From Octopus vulgaris (Eukaryota): 64,000 bases of DNA. Every line of letters begins with the position of its first letter. Positions within the stretch are counted from its first letter, which is position 1. Shown one piece after another: positions 1 through 13,068 of the stretch. Below the pieces are notes generated by a model that did no database searches, was not told the origin of the DNA, and was given only the letters and a program-made list of their open reading frames with translations. The stretch is from NCBI GenBank assembly GCA_951406725.2, contig OX597817.1:112778001-112842000 (forward strand), read 5' to 3'. A program made the position numbers and the translations under genes.

Positions 1-940
1 TTGTGGGGGGGCGAGACCAAACACTGAGATGTCATCTAGGGAATGGCCGGCCGAGCGGAAGTGGCGTGCGACGGGAGAAAAAGAGTGTAGGCGAACGTCC
101 CTCAAATGTTCTGTGAATTGGTCGGACAACCGGCGTCCCGTCTGTCCTACATACAGCATCCCGCATAGGTTGCATTTAATGCAGTAAATAAGGCCAGACG
201 AGGTGCACGTAAAAGAGTGCCTAATGCGTACAGTATGCCGGTTGGAGCCGGTGACAGCGGTGGTGTTGGTGATGAAGGGGCAAGTGTTGCAGCGGGATCT
301 AGAGCAAGGGAATGATCTGTGTGGAGCTGAGGGGGAAGGAGAGAGGGTGCTGTGGACCAGGAGGTCACGCAGATTGCGGGCTCGTTTGAAGGAGGACAGA
401 GGTGGGTTAGGGAAAATGGGGCGGGTGGTGGGATCAAGCTGGAGGCGACGGAAGGCACGTAGTATCTTGCGACGAAGGGGTAGGGTAGAGGGGTGGAAAA
501 GGAGGGGGAAGGGGTGCGGTTGGGGGGTGGGCGGGGGGAAGGAGACAGGGAGGTGGTGCGGTCGATGCGACGGGAGCGGGTGAGGGCATCAGAGAGGAGT
601 ATGGGTGGGTAACCTCGGAGTCTGAACATGCGGGCCAGGTATTGAGATTGGGTCTCGAAATCCTGGTCGCGGCTGCACAAACGTCGGAGGCAGAGGAACT
701 GGGAGTAGGGGATGGCTCGTTTGGTGTGGAAGGGGTGGGAAGAAGAGAAGTTGAGATAGAGGTGGGAATCCGTAGGTTTAAAGAAGGCGGTGGTGGTGAG
801 AGAGTTGGAGGGGTGATCGATGCGGAGAGAGATGTCAAGGAAGTTGACAGAGGTGTTGGAGATGGTGGAGGTGAATTGAAGAGAGGGATGAAAGTTGGAA
901 AGGAAAGAGATGAATTGGCAGAGAAGTTCACGGGAAAGGG
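1..940 (-). mobile_element. Penelope-like retroelement (PLE) ORF remnant: RT C-terminus/thumb plus GIY-YIG endonuclease, frameshifted, running off the window start
   Basis: Minus-strand translation gives FHPSLQFT..VNFLDISL..FFKPTDSHLYLNFSSSHPFHTKRAIPYSQFLCLRRLCSRDQDF..RGYP, then FTCTSSGLIYCIKCNLCGMLYVGQTGRRLSDQFTEHLRDV..PVARHF, which are PLE RT-thumb and GIY-YIG motifs. Confidence 0.9.
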
Positions 941-1025
941 AGATATATATATATATATGTATATATATAATTTGTTTGATTCTTTGAATCTCTATTTTTA
1001 CTGTCTATCTTTCTGTCTGTCTTTA

Positions 1026-1070
<45 letters not shown>

Positions 1071-1073
<3 letters not shown>

Positions 1074-1335
1074 ATCATCATCATCATCATCATCATTATC
1101 GTTTTTTAACATCCATTTCCCATGCTGGTATAGATTACATGGTTTGACTGGAGCTGGCAAGCCAAAGAGTTGCAACAGGTTCCAGTCATCTGTTTCGGCA
1201 TCATTTCTACGACTGAATGCCCTTCCTAATGCATCTACTTTACAGAGTGTACTGGATGCTTTTTATGTGACACCAACACAGGTGCTATATTATGTGGCAC
1301 CAGCATGGGTGCTTCTTACATTGTGCTAGCACGGG
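1071..1335 (-). mobile_element. RTE-LINE 3'UTR-derived short repeat (family B) with (GAT)n tail
   Basis: Reverse complement matches the AGGAAGGGCATCCAGCTGTAGAAA...CATGCTAGCATGGAAA...TTAAACGATGATG core seen at 20870-21090, 27380-27665, 51700-51978 and 63805-63985. Confidence 0.7.
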
Positions 1336-1369
1336 TGTTCTTTTTGTGACACTGGCTCAGGTACTTTAT

Positions 1370-2133
1370 ATAATAATGATAATAATGAAATTATTGTATA
1401 CAGTGCTCAGGTGCACCACAGCTTGTCAGAAAGTGCGTATAAAGTGTATGCAGTAATGTACAAATGTCTGGAAAGCGAACAATGTATGAGTCAGATACAT
1501 GCTTGTGTGTGTATGGAGGGGAGGAAATCAGGTGTAGCGTTGGCGAATCTGAGAAAGCATGGAAGTTTTGAAGGATGCAGTGCTCCGACAACTAAAAACC
1601 GATGCTAGCAGTTTGTTCCATGCTTCAGCAACTCTCAGCGTGAAAAAATGTTTCCTAAAGTCATGGGAGCTGTGCTGCTTTCTGACTTTGTAAATATGTC
1701 CACGGGTGTTAGACAGGTGGAGTTTGAAAAGGTGCTCAGAGTTATTGTTCGTAAGATGGTTGATAATTTTATGGGTGTCTGCCAAGTCAGCTGCCAGACG
1801 TTTGGAGTTTCAATATGTCCATGCCCAGGGAAGAAAGGTGTTCAGAATATGGCAAATGCCTGATGGAGGGTATTCTTTTGGTTGCATGTCGCTGAACGGC
1901 TTCCAGACGATTGATATCCTGGGCATGATAGGGGTTCCAGACTGGTGATGCAAATTCCAGGTGAGGTCTTACCATAGCTATATAAAGCCGCAGATAGATA
2001 GTCGGAGAGCAGCTCACAAAGGATTTGGTGAGTGATGCCAAGACACCCTCAGCCTTCTTGACAATTTTAGCGATGTGTTTTGTCCAACACAAATCACTGT
2101 CGACAATAACACCCAGGTCACGTTCACACGAAG
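1370..2133 (-). mobile_element. CR1-clade LINE, 5'-truncated (ORF2 C-terminus, 3'UTR, (ATT)n tail)
   Basis: ERDLGVIVDSDL..LYIAMVRPHLEFASPVWNPY..LEAVQRHATKRIP..TRGHIYKV..RKHFFTLRVAEAWNKL; the same 3'UTR recurs at 47921-48112 and 59025-59326. Confidence 0.9.
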
Positions 2134-2436
2134 TCTAAATATATCTACATATATGTCTGTCTACCTTTATCTATCTATCTATCTATCTATCTTTCTATCT
2201 TTCTATCTATCTATATCTATATATATTAATATATATGTGTGTGAAAGTATGGCTGTGTAGTAAGAAGCTTGCTTCCCAACTTCATGGTTCTGGTTTCAGT
2301 CCCACTGCATGGCAACTTGGGCAAGTGTCTTCTGCTATAGCCTCAGGCAGATGGAGGCCTTGTAAGTAGATCTGGTAGACGGAGACTGAAAGAAGCCCAT
2401 TGTATATATATATGTATGTATATATATATATATATA

Positions 2437-2778
2437 TTCTTTTTTATTCTTTTATTTGTTTCAGTCATTTGACTGTGGCCATGCTGGAGCATTGCTTTTA
2501 GTCGAACAAATTAACCCCAAGACTTCTCCTTTGTAAATCTAGTGCTTATTCTATTTGTGTCTTTTGCTGAACTACTAAGTTACTGGGACATAAACACAAT
2601 AATATTGATTGTCATGCGATTGTCAAGGGGGACAAACACACAGACATATACATGTATATACACGACAGGCTTCTTTCAGTTTCAGACTACCAAATCTACT
2701 CACAAGGTGCCACACAGTGGGACTGAACCCAGAACCTTACCACAAGCTCCTTACCACACAGCCATGCCTGCGCCTGTA
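2437..2778 (-). mobile_element. tRNA-derived SINE family A (internally deleted), inverted relative to a family A head at about 2245-2402
   Basis: Matches the full copy at 29228-29648. Confidence 0.8.
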
Positions 2779-2854
2779 TATAATATTATTGGTAAAAATG
2801 GTAAGATAACAAAAGAAAGAAAGAGACCTCAATATTATGTAAATAGAGGAAATT

Positions 2855-3048
2855 TATCTGTAAATTAATATGTTATCATTATTCAATAGCCAAGATAAAA
2901 CTCTGAGTTTCGGATGCCGAAATGGAAATCCACAACACCATCTGGCCAGATAACCGAAGAGATGGTGTTGTGGATTTCTACTTCGGCATCCGAAACTCAG
3001 AGTTTTATCTTGGCTATTGAATAATGGTAACATATTAATTTACAGATA
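2855..3048. repeat. Long inverted repeat (about 89-bp arms, 16-nt spacer), PLE-type inverted terminus
   Basis: 2855-2943 is a near-perfect reverse complement of 2960-3048. Confidence 0.9.
2945..3014 (+). ncRNA. Type I hammerhead ribozyme-like motif with variant core
   Basis: GCCAGATAA-CCGAAGA-GATG...CATC-CGAAAC-TCAGA-GTT-TTATCTTGGC; stem I pairs and the core is CCGAAGA rather than CTGAAGA. Confidence 0.55.
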
Positions 3049-3443
3049 TATATATATTCTTTCTTTTCTTTTTTTCTTTTACTTGTTTCAGTCATTTGAC
3101 TGCGGCCATGCTGGAGCACCGCCTTTAGTCGAGCAAATCGACCCCGGGACTTATTATTTGTAAGCCCAGTACTTTTTCTATCGGTCTCTTTTTGCCGAAC
3201 CGCTAAGTGACAGGGACATAAATACACCAGCATCGGTTGTCAAGCAATGCTAGGGGGACAGACACTAATATATATATATTATGTCCCTGTAGCATTAGTG
3301 GTTTGGCAAAAAGACAGCAATAGAGTAAGTACCAAGTTTTTAACAAAATAAGTACTGGGATTAATTCCTTCAACTAAAAGTTCTTCAAGGCTTTGCCCCA
3401 GCATGGTCACACTCTAATGACTGAAACAGTTAAAAGACAGAAA

Positions 3444-3479
<36 letters not shown>

Positions 3480-3959
3480 ATACATGTATTACAAAAGTGG
3501 AAATCACAGCACTAAAAATTAAATGATCAAATAAATAAATAAATAAATAAGATAAATATGAATAAAAAAAAGAAATGACCAAAAAAATGCAAAAATAATT
3601 TGAGAGTTTGGGGTGGGGGTACTTACATGATATAACTTAAATCATGAAACATAAAAGGACAGAAATATAGAAATTTAAAACAAAGCTAAATACAAAAATA
3701 ATAAAAGAAGGAATACTTTCTTAACAGATATAATTCCAGTTGGTTGATTAACTTCCTACAACCTAATCTGTTCCTAGAGAAGTTCACTTTTAGTTTAGTC
3801 CTTTTCTTTTTATTTTCTTTTGCTCGTTTTCCCTCCAAATGATAAATTATTCTTCACTCATTATTCAATGATTTGTTTTTAAAAAATTACATCATTGAGA
3901 ATAAAATATCAAAAAATAAATTATTATTTTCAGGCTTACTCCCATTCATATATATCTAG

Positions 3960-4590
<631 letters not shown>

Positions 4591-5148
4591 AATAAAAAAG
4601 AATGATATATTATTAACTGTCTTATTATGGAGCAAATAAATACGCATTCATGATTATCAAAGAAATCTAAAAGAGATAGAATTGTAATAATGGAGGACAT
4701 TAAAACATAAATCAAAAGTAAAATTGAGGCATTTGCCAAAAAAGTTAATTAAGCATAGAATTAGCAGAGAACAATTTATATTCTTTCATTGCTGTTTGTT
4801 GAGGTAATGATTTGATCATATAGAATGAACATCTTCATGATTTTTTTTTCTTGATTACATCTGTACATATGGTAAGGCATAACACTAATGCATACATACA
4901 CAAACACACATACACATACATGAACTCACATACACATATGCACACATGCATATGCATGAATACACAAACCCACAGACACTTACACGTACACACACACACA
5001 TTTGCACACACATGCTGGCACAGAGTGTATGTAGATTAAACATTCTTATTATTATGAAAATATTAATTTTACATTAATTGCTATTGACATACATATACGT
5101 CTCTCTCTCCCACTCTTTCTCTCTCCCAATACATACATACATACACAC

Positions 5149-5181
<33 letters not shown>

Positions 5182-5215
5182 CATACATACATACATACAT
5201 ACATACATACATACA

Positions 5216-5249
<34 letters not shown>

Positions 5250-5250
5250 G

Positions 5251-5556
5251 TGAAGGTACATGGCTCACAATCATGAGGTAGTGAGTTCAATTCCTGGACT
5301 CTGTTGTGTGTTGTGTTCTTCAGCAAGGTACTTTATTTCATGTTGCTCCAGTTCACTCAGTTCTAGATATGAGTTGCAACATACTGGTGCCAAGCTGTAT
5401 CAGCCTTTGCCTTTCCCATGGATTACATTGGTGATGTCGTGGGACTACTACTTGTCTTCCATAAACAACCTTGTCTGGACCTGTGCCTCAGAGGGGGAAC
5501 TTTCCAGATGCAATCCCATGGTCAGTCATCACTGAAGGGGATCTTTACCCTTTTAC
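5251..5556 (+). mobile_element. tRNA-derived SINE family E
   Basis: GAGTTCAATTCC B-box and a body shared with 29705-30052 and 36060-36352 (both minus). Confidence 0.7.
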
Positions 5557-5769
5557 ACATAAACACACACACACACACAGACACACACTCACACACACAC
5601 ACACACACACACATACAAGCACACACAAGTACTTGTAAGTGGCCTTACATATACTGTGATGCCATGAAAAATTAAAAAGAAGAACTTAATTTCATATATC
5701 TGTCATTTTATATGTGAAATTACAGCATTATTCTGTCCGTCTTTATGTTCTAAGTTCAAATTCCACCAA

Positions 5770-6027
5770 AGCCTTTCTCTCCCAGGTCTAGTTGGTTTTT
5801 GAATTGTCATTGATGCTTCCGCAATTTTGCCTTTTGTTTTTCTAAGTAGGGGTGTCAGCCCTATGCAAACCCATTTTTGCCTCAGGGAAGAGGTGGTCCA
5901 TTTTAGTCTGGCCTCTCTTCTCTGACCTATCCAGTACAGGAAGCGCTACCAAGAGCTTTCACTCCACTAGCACAGCTCTCAGTGTTGTTGAGACACACAC
6001 GTCACCATTTCACAAGGACTGGACCCT
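5770..6027 (-). mobile_element. Probable RTE-clade 5'UTR fragment
   Basis: Minus strand CTGAGAGCTGTGCTAG..GGATAGGTC..GAGGCCAGACTAAAATGGACC..GGGCTGACACCCC resembles RTE/Rex3-type 5' ends; a second copy lies at about 32640-32850. Confidence 0.45.
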
Positions 6028-6848
6028 ATTAATTCTGCCATGAAGAGAAACCATTGGGCCAGCAGATTTCCAAGATAAAGCCCCCCAGAACATCATAGAT
6101 CCTTCATGTTTAACAGTTGGAAGAAGGCAATCTGGGTCAAATGCTTCTTTTGGCTGTCTCCACACATATACTTGGCTGGTAGTCAGAAATAAGGTAAAGG
6201 ATGACTTGTCTGAGAAAACAACATTCTTTCACTACTCTAGGGACCAATTCTGAAGATTTTTATTCCACTCTAAATGCTTTGCAATGTTTGTTTTTGAAAG
6301 TAGTTGTTTTCTGAATGCAGCCCTCCCGTGAAATCCAGCTTAGTGCAGCTCCTAGTGAACAGTTTTTGTGGAAACTGGGTTTTCGAGGTGGTCATTAAGC
6401 TCTGCAGTAATTTTGGGAGCTGTGCTTTTGTGATCCTTTCTAACAATTCGTATAAGAGTCCAACGGTCCCTATCTGAAAGTTTTGGTTTTCTTCCTGAGT
6501 TTTGTTTCAATGAAGAGGTTTTTCCTCTTTCTCAAAGGCTGTCATTACTTTTGAGACAGTACTTCTTCATACACCAAACATTTAGACTGTTTTCGTTATG
6601 CTGGCACCTGCCATACGAGCACCAACAATTTGACCTCTTTGAAAGTCCAGTAGATCTGTCATTTTAATGAATTTTAATTATCTTTTTCTGATATCTGAAA
6701 AGAAACAGCAATTTTAGCAAAACATATTAAGCAACACTAATAATAAATCAAAAAACATCAAAATAAAGAAGCTTTTGATGATTTTATAGATATTTAAAAA
6801 TTATGATGCTATGATGCTAGGTGTTTCCATTATTTTGTCCAACCCTTG
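6026..6848 (-). mobile_element. Tc1-family DNA transposon, 5' part, pseudogenised
   Basis: TA-CAAGGGTTGGACAAAATAATGGAAACACC terminus and MTDLLDFQRGQIVGARMAG... transposase N-terminus; homologous to 37255-38382. Confidence 0.85.
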
Positions 6849-8382
6849 TATATATGTGTGTGTGTGTGATGAGTTTCCATACAGTTTTTGTCAATTAAAT
6901 TCACTTATAAGGCTTATAATAGAAGATTCTTGCCTATGGTGCTGTGTAGTGAGACTGAACCAAAAACCATATAGTTGCAAAGTGAGGTTCTAAATCACAC
7001 AGCCATGCTTGACTCTGCAAAAGATATTTATATTTATAATTATATGTATATATGTTTACATGTAAGTGTATGTATGTGCTTGTGTGTGTGTGTGTGTGTG
7101 TGCTGTGTGTGTGTGTCTGTGTGTGTGTGTCTGTGTGTGTTATAGTAGTGATTATATACCATTGCAGAATTTTACAGGGTAATTTAATATTTGCTGAATG
7201 CAATTTCTATGGACATTTGTTTGCAGTTCTCTCTGCCTTTACATTGATCAGAATCTACCCTGCTGGGTTGACTTATATTTCACTGGAAAGTGTTTATATC
7301 ATAACACCATGTTGTAATTGTTATTGTAGTTTAACCTAATTTTTTTCTCTTTCAAACAGTATTAAATGTATCCATTTTTAAAAATATTTTGGTAATGATT
7401 TAAGGGAAATTTAGATGCTTTTTCTAGCAGGCCAAGTAGTCACATCAAGTCTTCCCTCGTAGCTTGTAAGTAAGTTTGTTGTTTAGCTCCAGAACAGCCC
7501 TGATTAAGCAGACCTTTGACTAAAGCTACTAAAGCTATTCTGGTTGTGGCCATCCGATCTTTTTATGAATATCATGCATTACATTTTCCGAAATGTTTTT
7601 TCTATTTTTAAGACAGTCAAGGTGTGATTTGAAGAAGGTTTGGCAACTATTTCTTGCAGATCAAGCAACTGCATAGGGTCTTCTTCACAAGTTCATCCAA
7701 GCTGCAATAGTTTTACAATGTTATAAGTTAATCTGGTTTACGTAGATTTGTGACATTTAACTATAAGGAAACTTGAGGCAATGAAGAAGCCTTCATACCA
7801 TCACGCAGCCTGCTAGAAATATCAGCCAAATTTTCCTCATTTCACACATGACAGTCTCAGAAAAGGACATGAATGTGACCTTAGGTGTACTGTGTTTAGG
7901 GAAAAGACAGAATGGTTATGACTACGAATGTCTTTGAATGCATATTAATCTGGGTCAAGGTGATAGTAAGTGCACTGTATCGAGTAAAAATATAGGGCAG
8001 TCATGCATGAAATGCTTATTAACCTTCGCGTTTATCTCTAGGCTTTCATTGGCACCTTCTGTTATTATTTTCAAATACTTTTCTTTACATAATTACATAA
8101 GTGGGTACAGTATTCTTGTACATTTACATCTGCAGATATACTAATTTCTTAGATGTTTACATATTTACATTTATAGATATAGTATTCTTGCATCTGTTGG
8201 TGCACTATTATGTTTATGTCAACAGATACATAATCTTATGATCACAACTGTCCAGCAAATCATAACAGGAAGCTCTGAGTAACAGTTTGTGAAGATCTTT
8301 TTTGGCTTTAATAAAAAGACATAATCTGATACACACACACATATGCACAGGCGTGTGCACGCACACACACACACACACACAC

Positions 8383-9250
8383 AGCAGTCTCAAGTATAAC
8401 CAGCCAAAACTGCAAAGACAATCTGGAACTAGACTGACGAAAGAAAACTCTGGATGACCTGTCCTTGTTTTTTCTTGTCCCATTTTTTATATTCTTTTTA
8501 TATACATATTGCAGCATATGTATACTTTGGTCTCTTATATGTAAGTATATATATATAAATTTTGTACACGACTCTCTTATTCTTTCATTCTTTCTTTCTT
8601 TCTATCAGCCTGTTCACACTTTGTTCTTCCACTCTTCTTTCTTTCATTCCCCCACTCTCACATTTCCTAGCCTTCCCTTCATTTTCACCTTCCCTCCTCT
8701 TTCACTTCACTCTGTCCTATTTCTTTTTTTCTCATCCCACCCTAATTCTTCTGTCCCTCTGCCTCTACCTCTCTCCTCTCTCTCCACATGATCGGAGTTC
8801 GGCCAAGCCTGACCTTTCTTTCTTGATTGGACTACCATCCGTGTGACATCTATATTCCTCCCCATGCCTGTCATCTCTTATGTCCCTGTCGTAAGGCTAC
8901 ACTTCCACATACACCAGCTTAATTGAATTCGTCCTTAGTCGAAAGACACTTGTTGTTAATGTCCTGTTATTTGCATTTGTATTTGAATAACATTTCTCCG
9001 GGTTTTTTTCCGTCCTTGTTTTCGTATACATTCGCTGCTTTCTTCCAAGAAATCTAGTGCTCTTAGCTTAGATTTTCCTTGGGGCTGGGCAGATTGAAGC
9101 AGTCTTGAGTATAACCAGCCAAAACTGCAAAGATTATCTGGAACTCAACTGATGAAAGAAAACTCTGGATGACCTGTCCTTGTTTTTTCGTGTCCCTTTT
9201 TTGTATCATCTGTCCGGATGTTTTGTGTTCTTGTTCCATTTTTTGTATTC
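8383..9250 (+). repeat. Partial tandem (direct repeats 8383-8500 and 9098-9250, period about 715 bp), PLE pseudo-LTR-like
   Basis: AGCAGTCTYRAGTATAACCAGCCAAAACTGCAAAGA...GGATGACCTGTCCTTG occurs twice; another copy is on the minus strand at 50452-50638. Confidence 0.6.
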
Positions 9251-9287
9251 TTTTATATATATTTATATATATATATATATACAGAGT

Positions 9288-9288
<1 letters not shown>

Positions 9289-9320
<32 letters not shown>

Positions 9321-9327
9321 GCAGACT

Positions 9328-9380
<53 letters not shown>

Positions 9381-9436
9381 GTAGGTAGACAGACAGACAG
9401 GCAGAAAGACAGGCAAGCAGGCAGACAGACTGACAC

Positions 9437-9508
<72 letters not shown>

Positions 9509-9596
9509 GTAGACATAGACAAAAAGATAGACAGATAGATAGATAGGTAGACAGACAGACAGAAAGGCAAACAGACAGACAGACAGATAGATAGAT
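9289..9596. repeat. (GATA)n/(GACA)n tetranucleotide array
   Basis: Direct reading. Confidence 0.95.
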
Positions 9597-9767
9597 TTGG
9601 AGCCAAGCAATATTTGGAGCTAAACAACATGTGGAGAAATATTTGATATAAAGCTGGTCATTTCTTTTTTTTTAAATTTAGAAATTAAATATTACAAATG
9701 CTTATATGGAATAAGTAGTGCTATCTTTCTATGTGTGTATATATGTATGTATGTAAGTGTATGTATG

Positions 9768-10423
9768 ATCTTCTGTTTTTAATTACTTCACTTCTTGTAA
9801 GAAAGGAGCTGGTTTCTAACTGTGATACAAAGCTCGGACTGTAGATGACTAAAACAATGTCACATTTTGGACAGGGGTAAAATCTTGCATTATGAATGCA
9901 ATCTGTTCTGCTTACAGATTGAATTTGCAATGTGTGTGCTAGCTGGTTTGTTTCTTTTCCTGAAAACTCCAGCTCTTCCAGAGTGCCACTTAGGCATTTA
10001 CTAACATAGCCAAATGCACCAATTAATATGGTTCAAATGTGAAAATATAATCTACATATATAAGCTGCAGGTTTAAAGCAATTTTCTGTCATTACCTCTT
10101 TCAATTTGTGATCATGCTGTTGCTCTCTGAATTTTGAAGAGATATTCATATCAGCAGGGTCACTGACCTCTATGAAAGTTGATACTTTTTGTTGCCTGTC
10201 CCAAACAACTATACTCAGTCTGTTATATTTGCACTAAGTAGAGGTTTTCATGGGAATGTTCCACCAATATTTTTTGTGTTGATGTCTGTGTATGTATTTA
10301 ATCACAGGGGATTCTCTATATTTATGCCTCGCTAGTTTTTTTTTTTCCTGTCATTGTATATTATTTTAGCAACATCATCTTGTATTGGGAGGTAGTATCT
10401 TGAAGGCATTTTTACACAACTGC
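9768..10423 (-). mobile_element. R4/Dong-type non-LTR retrotransposon 3' end (restriction-like endonuclease domain), degenerate
   Basis: SCVKMPSRYYLPIQDDVAK..WWNIPMKTST*CKYNRLSIVVWDRQQKVSTFIEVSDPADMNI..IGAFGYVSKCL resembles the RHD / HNRPDIV / IEV / IGALG motifs of REL-endonuclease LINEs. Confidence 0.75.
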
Positions 10424-11262
10424 ATATATATGTATGTATGTATGTATGTGTGTATGTATGTATTCATGCATGTATGTAAGCATGCATGTATGTATTTATA
10501 TGTTAGTAATGGTGATAATAGAACCAGAACTACAACAATAGTATGATATATTATTACTATTATTATTATTATTAGTAGTAGTAGTAGTAGTAGTAGTAGT
10601 AGCAGCATCAGTAGTAGTAGTAATCGAGAGATGAACATGAAAACCTCACCTTGAATTGTTTTAATAATGTAAGGGGAATAACTCTAACTTATCACGTTAT
10701 TTCGTGTACCTCAGTGCTGCATCTACTTTTGCGTGCAGGGATTTGTGTTTATGTTTAAACTTTGTGCGGTATGCACCTACCAACTCTTTACTTCCTTGTT
10801 GTTATTGATGTCTCTTTTCTTATGTAAAAGAAACTGACGATAAAATTGTCGTCAAATTTTTTAAAAATTTTTTCGGAAATTTTAGAATATTCAAGGGAGA
10901 GAATATAGTCGATTGACTACATGCAAGAACATCAACAATCGAGCGAGACTGTAGACCAAAGGTTTTTAATGTGGGCGGTACTGCCCCCACGGTGGGAAGG
11001 GGGCACTGGGTTTGTCGATGGGGACGTTAGGCCTTTGGGGATAGTAGGCGGGGGCGAGGTAACAAAATTTACATACTAAATTTTACCCGTAGAAGTAATT
11101 ATATTATACACTGTAAAACTAATAAATGATTATTACAATAAAACGAGACATCCAGTTTCTTTCGACTAACGTTGAGCCTGATATAGAAATCTTAACTAGA
11201 TCTCATCTGGTACAGGGTAATCATAAACTTGCAATGTATGAAGTAAATATACAACTTTTGTC

Positions 11263-11566
11263 CAGCGACGTAACCAGGCACTAAAGTTAAGGGGAGGGAG
11301 CACAAAAAAGGCGCTGTGACACATGCCAAATAATTTTTAATCCATTTCTCTTATGTTACGCGAAATATTTCATTAGTTATAATATTCGTAATTATATTCT
11401 ACATCTATTAATTTCATGTTTTAGGAACAATATCATTATGAATGAAACTTTCAATACTAATAGATGTTACTAAAGAGTTTTTAAAATTTTTGAAAAGGCG
11501 CCAATTTTGAAAAATGTGCTCGAGGTAGCGGTCGCTCCCCTTGTTCCTCTATTAGCTACGTTACTG
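11263..11566. mobile_element. hAT-type MITE
   Basis: TIRs CAGCGACGTAAC / GCTACGTTACTG; 8-bp TSD CTTTTGTC / ATTTTGTC. Confidence 0.75.
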
Positions 11567-12603
11567 ATTTTGTCTTTACTATAATATTTTATCCTTTCAT
11601 TGTTAAAAGCTGATAGAATCCATGTTAAGTTATTTTAGTTGTGATTCCTCACTCGTCACAAATGTGGGTACTACACATAACAACTATTTACGAAAAAGAA
11701 AAGGTAAGAACCATTGTTCTAGATGGTTTCTCGACTTTCTAGAAACAGCAGCCAGGCCTCCCTCATGTTTAATGGCACTGTCTTACAGAAGTCAAATTAT
11801 ATTATAGAGAAAATGATGTTAGAAAACTACAGCTAAAAAAGCAAGAGATGGTTTTAGCTGGTATAACGCATGTCTTCTCTGACCCTTGTATTATTACAAG
11901 TTCTTGTTTCTGTGTGTTGTGTATAAAACAGGGAAAAGAAATACAAGAAAACGAGTTTTTAATGACCTGTGATACTTTATTCATCCATTAAATGAATTGT
12001 ACAACAAACCAGTTTGACACATCAGGAAGATAACTGTCTATAGTAATCATACATAATTGACTTCTCATTTCAGTCAGAATTTGGTGGCATGTGCTTCAAC
12101 AACAGGAACAAAATGGCATGACATAACTTCCAGAAAAGTCTCACCTCACTGGCAAAAACAGGAAAAATCCTCTTATTTAAAGACAAAATGAGGCAGACAG
12201 GGGCACTTGATTTTGCTGTACTTGTTGGTCTATCACAACATGATCGAATACAAAACTGTATCCCACATAAAACTAGACCAATCCAAGAAACAGACTCGGT
12301 CAAGTATTACACCATCACATGACTAGTTTAAGTGACCAATCGTTAAGAACATGCAGGATGGGCCAATTTCTGACTATCTAAACCTAAATGATGCAACATT
12401 CTATGACATCAGTTTTGCTACATGGTCATAGTTGGAATGTTTTGTGATTAGAGATGTATGCTTCATCAGGGTTGGTCTGGGGCTAAACATTAACAACATT
12501 TTATAAATTGTTGATATTACTTATCATTTCACTTACTCTCCTCTCAGTGAAAGCAAAATTGTGCTGACTTCAATAAATTTTGAACTTAGAATCAATAAGA
12601 AAC

Positions 12604-13063
12604 TGTAGTGAAGCCATGGGGTCACCAATTGTAACAGGATGAAAGGTCTGTAACACTGGATGGGTGATGCTCGCATCCTTTACATTAAAATATTAATTGA
12701 AGGAAAGAGTCAAGACTTCCAATTAACTTCGACAGCGTAAATATTTTATTTCTGGATTCGCAATCTATATATTCTTCTTTCTGGGTGAATTGGCAGCCTA
12801 GGAGCTCGTCGCAATAGTCAAGTGGAGTGAGCCAAATCCTGTCAGTTCAAGCATAGCGTAGCAACGCCACGATGTGGCAGCTTGAGAGAGCTGATAAAAC
12901 ACGACCGTCCTGTTCAGCTGTCAGCGTTTGAGAGGCCGATACGAGGGAAATTTTGCTGTTCCTAGTTTTCTACACATGCACATGAGGGAACTTCTGGCAG
13001 GCCTCCCGGAAGAATCCAACTCTGCGCATGCGGGCTGAAGATTTCCAAGATGGTGTCACTACA
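12604..13063 (-). mobile_element. Solo LTR (Gypsy-like, 460 bp)
   Basis: TGTAGTGA...TCACTACA inverted ends, 4-bp TSD AAAC on both sides, CpG-richer than the flanks; orientation inferred from a minus-strand AATAAA near 12745. Confidence 0.8.
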
Positions 13064-13068
13064 AAACT

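Noticed and set aside
203-1109. GC-rich ORFs 203-583(+), 642-1109(+) and 434-931(-)
   Set aside because: Antisense or off-frame shadows of the Penelope-like ORF, extended by microsatellites
10957-11060. hAT-like left terminus CAAAGGTTTTTAATGTGGGCGGTAC
   Set aside because: No matching right TIR or TSD found, so element boundaries cannot be supported
12060-12310. Acceptor-like TTTCAG followed by complex sequence
   Set aside because: All plus frames hit stops early and no homology is recognisable
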